From NCBI GenBank assembly GCA_965225945.1, contig CBDDBZ010000022.1:42627-106626 (forward strand): a stretch of DNA of 64,000 nt. Reading direction: 5' to 3'. Positions 61,089 to 64,000 of this stretch are shown in pieces. A model generated the notes under the pieces. It was not told the DNA's origin and made no database searches. It saw only the letters and a program-made list of their open reading frames with translations. Numbering within the stretch: position 1 is the stretch's first letter; every line of letters starts with the position of its first letter. Both the position numbers and the translations under genes were made by a program. This stretch comes from Alphaproteobacteria bacterium (lineage in GTDB: Bacteria; Pseudomonadota; Alphaproteobacteria; GCA-2731375).

Positions 61089-62524
61089 GCCTCGGCCGGG
61101 ACCAGGTCCGGCGCGGCCTCGGTGGCGAGGCCCTTGCCGCTAGCGTTGCGGTGGTGCACGCCCAGCGCCTTCAGCTTGCGGTGCAGCGCCGAGCGCTCCA
61201 TGCCGATAAACTCGGCGGTGCGGGAAATGTTGCCGCCGAAGCGACCGACCTGGGCCATCAGATACTGCCGTTCGAAGACCTCGCGCGCTTCCCTCAGCGA
61301 AAGCGACATCACCTCCTCGTTGTTGCTCGGCAACAGCGAGGACGGCGTCGGCATGCGCACCTCCTGGGGCAACATCTCGGCCCGGATGGCCTCGCCGGTG
61401 TCCGCCGGGCTCATGATCAGCACCTGCTCCAGGATGTTGCGGAGTTGACGCACATTTCCGGGCCAGCCATAGCTCTGCAGCGCCACCAACGCCTCCTCGC
61501 TGATCCGCCGCGCCGCCAGGCCCAGCATCTCGGCCGAGCGGGCCATGAAATAGTCGACCAGCAACGGAATGTCCTCCGTGCGTTCGCCGAGCCCCGGAAC
61601 GTCGACCGGCACCACGTTCAGGCGGTGGTAGAGATCCTCGCGGAAGCGGTGCTGGCCGATCTCGACGCGGAGGTCGCGGGCCGTGGCGCTCACGATGCGG
61701 ACGTCGACCTCGACCTTTGAGCCGCCACCGACCCGCTGGAAGCTCTGGTCGACCAGGCAACGCAGGATCTTGCCCTGGGTCTCGTAAGGCATGTCGGCGA
61801 CCTCGTCCAGGAACAAGGTGCCGCCATGGGCCTGCTCCAACAGGCCGACCCGGTGCATGCCCGAGCCGTTGCCGCCCTCCTCGGCGCCGAACAGCTCGAT
61901 CTCCACCCGCTCCGGCGACAGCATCGCCGCGTTGAGGGCGACGAATGGCCCCTCGGCGCGATCGGACAGCGCGTGCAGATGGCGGGCGACGACCTCCTTG
62001 CCGGAGCCGGCCGGGCCGGTGATCATGACCCGGCTGCGGGTCTGGGCGACCTTCTGGATCGCGGCGCGAACGGCGTTGATCGCCGCGCTCTGGCCGATGA
62101 TCTCGGTCTCGCGCACGGCCTTGCTCCGGAGTTCGCGATTCTCCCGCACGAGGCGTGCCGCGCTGATCGCACGCTCGACGATGAGCATCAGCTTGTCGGC
62201 CTCGAAGGGCTTCTCGATGTAGTCGTACGCCCCCCGCTTGATGGCCGAGACCGCGGCTTCGATGTTGCCGTGCCCCGAGATCATGACCACCGGGACCTCG
62301 TCGTGCTCGCGCTTCAGGAAGTCGAGCAATTCCAGGCCGTCGTGTCGGCTACCTTGGAGCCAGATATCGAGAATGACGAGCGAGGGTCGTCGTGCCGCCA
62401 TGGCGGTGAGAAAGCCCTCGCTGTCGCTAGCAATACGTGTGTCATATCCCTCGTCTTGCAGTATTTCGGAGAGAATTTCCCGGATGCCGACCTCGTCGTC
62501 GACGATCAGAATATCACGAGCCAT
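61085..62524 (-). CDS. ntrX: Response regulator NtrX (REC-AAA-HTH, no GAFTGA)
   Basis: LDIWLQGS, ISGHGNIE, GPAGSGKE, LDEVADM, GNISRTAEFIGMERSALHRK. Confidence 0.96.
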   Translation of the reverse strand: MARDILIVDDEVGIREILSEILQDEGYDTRIASDSEGFLTAMAARRPSLVILDIWLQGSRHDGLELLDFLKREHDEVPVVMISGHGNIEAAVSAIKRGAYDYIEKPFEADKLMLIVERAISAARLVRENRELRSKAVRETEIIGQSAAINAVRAAIQKVAQTRSRVMITGPAGSGKEVVARHLHALSDRAEGPFVALNAAMLSPERVEIELFGAEEGGNGSGMHRVGLLEQAHGGTLFLDEVADMPYETQGKILRCLVDQSFQRVGGGSKVEVDVRIVSATARDLRVEIGQHRFREDLYHRLNVVPVDVPGLGERTEDIPLLVDYFMARSAEMLGLAARRISEEALVALQSYGWPGNVRQLRNILEQVLIMSPADTGEAIRAEMLPQEVRMPTPSSLLPSNNEEVMSLSLREAREVFERQYLMAQVGRFGGNISRTAEFIGMERSALHRKLKALGVHHRNASGKGLATEAAPDLVPAEA

Positions 62525-64000
62525 GGGCTACCCCGTCCATTTCCGTCAGGTTGTCGTTGCCGTCGCTTTCGGTGCGCGCCGCGCGTCGGCGCGGCAGGAC
62601 GACGCGGACCACCGCGCCGCCTCCCTCCCGGTCGTCCAGCGCCAGGCGCCCGCCGTGGTCCTCGACGATCTTTTGGGTGATCGCCAGGCCGAGGCCGCTA
62701 CCTTCCTTGCGCGTCGTCACATAGGGCTCGGTCAGGCGCTCCCGTTCGTCCTCGGGAAGCCCCCGGCCGTTGTCGGCGATTTCGATCGTCACCGTTTCCG
62801 CGTCGGCCACGAGCGCCACGTCCACCCGTCCAAGCGCCGACCCGGCCGCATCGTCGCCCCGGCCCTCGATCGCCTCGGCCGCGTTCTTCAACACGTTGGT
62901 CAGCGCCTGGCCGATCTGTCGCCCGTCACAGTCGACGGCGACCGCGCCCTCGGGCAGGGCGAGCGCGAACTCGATGCCGCCGTGCGCCACCTGTCGCGTG
63001 AACACCGACTGGCGCACGAGCTCGGCCAAATCCGCCCGCCGGATGACCGGCGCGGGCATCCGTGCGAAGGCGGAAAACTCGTCCACCATGCGGCCGATCT
63101 CGCCGACATGGCGAATGATGGTGTCCGTACAGCGGGTGAAGACCTCGTGGTCGGTCTGGATCTGTTTGCTGTATTTGCGCTTGAGCCGTTCGGCCGAGAG
63201 TTGAATCGGCGTCAGCGGGTTCTTGATCTCGTGCGCGATGCGACGGGCGACGTCGGCCCAGGCGGCGGTGCGCTGGGCGGTGACGAGTTCGCTGATGTCG
63301 TCGAAGGTAATGATGAAGCCGCCGTGATCGCGCGCCGGCGCCCGGTCGGTGTCGACGCGGACGTAGAGCGTCCGGCGCCGCGCGCCCCGGATCAGGGTGA
63401 TCTGACGCTCGACGACGCGGCCGGGCCGGTTCCGCGCCTCCTCCAGCAGGGCCGCGAGTTCCGGCGCCACCTCATCGAGCCGGCGGCCGCTCATCTCCTC
63501 GAGATCGGTCTCCAGCAGGTCGGCGGCGGAACGGTTGGGAAGATTTATCCGGCCGTCCCGGTCGGCGCCGATCACGCCGGCGGAAACGCCGCTCAACACC
63601 GCCTCGGTGAACCGCCGCCGTCGGTCGAGCTTGCGGTTGGCCTCGACCAGATCCTCGCGTTGCGAGGCCAACTGTCGGGTCATGCGGTTGAAGGCCCGCG
63701 AGAGGGTGCCGATCTCGTCGTCGGGGCCGGTGATCGGCACCACCGCCGTGAGATCGCCGTCCCGGACACGCTCCGTCGCCATCACCAACCCGGCGATGGG
63801 ACGCACGATGGTGGTGGCGAAATGCAGGCCCAACCAGACCGCGACGACCAACAGCAGCAGCGCCACGACGATGAAGATCAGCACCGACGTGACCTGGATG
63901 TCGGACCGCATGCTTTCCAGCGTCTCGTACTCGGAAAATACGTTCCGCGTGCGTTCGGCATGGCCCAACACCACCGGATCGACAAACCGGCCGACGTACA
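62514..64000 (-). CDS. ntrY: Sensor histidine kinase NtrY (5' end outside the window)
   Basis: HAMP, PAS, AWADVARRIAHEIKNPLTPIQLSAERL, DNGRG, GSGLGL. Confidence 0.96.
   Translation of the reverse strand, partial: YVGRFVDPVVLGHAERTRNVFSEYETLESMRSDIQVTSVLIFIVVALLLLVVAVWLGLHFATTIVRPIAGLVMATERVRDGDLTAVVPITGPDDEIGTLSRAFNRMTRQLASQREDLVEANRKLDRRRRFTEAVLSGVSAGVIGADRDGRINLPNRSAADLLETDLEEMSGRRLDEVAPELAALLEEARNRPGRVVERQITLIRGARRRTLYVRVDTDRAPARDHGGFIITFDDISELVTAQRTAAWADVARRIAHEIKNPLTPIQLSAERLKRKYSKQIQTDHEVFTRCTDTIIRHVGEIGRMVDEFSAFARMPAPVIRRADLAELVRQSVFTRQVAHGGIEFALALPEGAVAVDCDGRQIGQALTNVLKNAAEAIEGRGDDAAGSALGRVDVALVADAETVTIEIADNGRGLPEDERERLTEPYVTTRKEGSGLGLAITQKIVEDHGGRLALDDREGGGAVVRVVLPRRRAARTESDGNDNLTEMDGVAHGS

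Noticed and set aside
61085-62524. Missing GAFTGA in the sigma54-activator-like protein
   Set aside because: This is a known normal property of NtrX

Overview
GC-rich alphaproteobacterial chromosome segment (Rhodospirillales/Kiloniellales-like gene order, inferred). The core backbone is ssb<>uvrA, LOG, yqgF<>gatCAB, a trans-sulfuration enzyme, GST, ftsY-mtaB-dapF<>ffh-rpsP-rimM-trmD-rplS-leuCDB, an SDR, a WbpM-like dehydratase, betA, an MFS transporter and ntrY-ntrX-trkA-hfq-hflX. Six insertions have readable ends and target duplications, and each one interrupts an ORF: IS1595, IS256, IS1182, a 4.1-kb four-gene IS21 element carrying a Zn-finger gene and a DUF3991/Toprim gene, a 101-bp double-hairpin element, and an 881-bp transposase-less IS1595-like cassette inside tadE. 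Most notable: (1) a 920-codon ORF (51163-53925) fusing an IS5 transposase N-terminus to exactly six tandem Sm/Hfq-like domains, a TM helix and Sel1 repeats, possibly a membrane-tethered single-chain Sm ring; (2) a T1SS + LapG-like + HD-GYP operon resembling the Lap/Dvh adhesin-control system, in which both the protease (Cys to Ala) and the HD-GYP domain (HD to SQ) look catalytically dead; (3) two tandem paralogues with PilZ, charged-helix repeat and unknown C-terminal domains. Several single-base frameshifts in G/C runs (ssb, T1SS ATPase) are probably sequencing errors. All family assignments come from motif recognition by eye; no searches were run.
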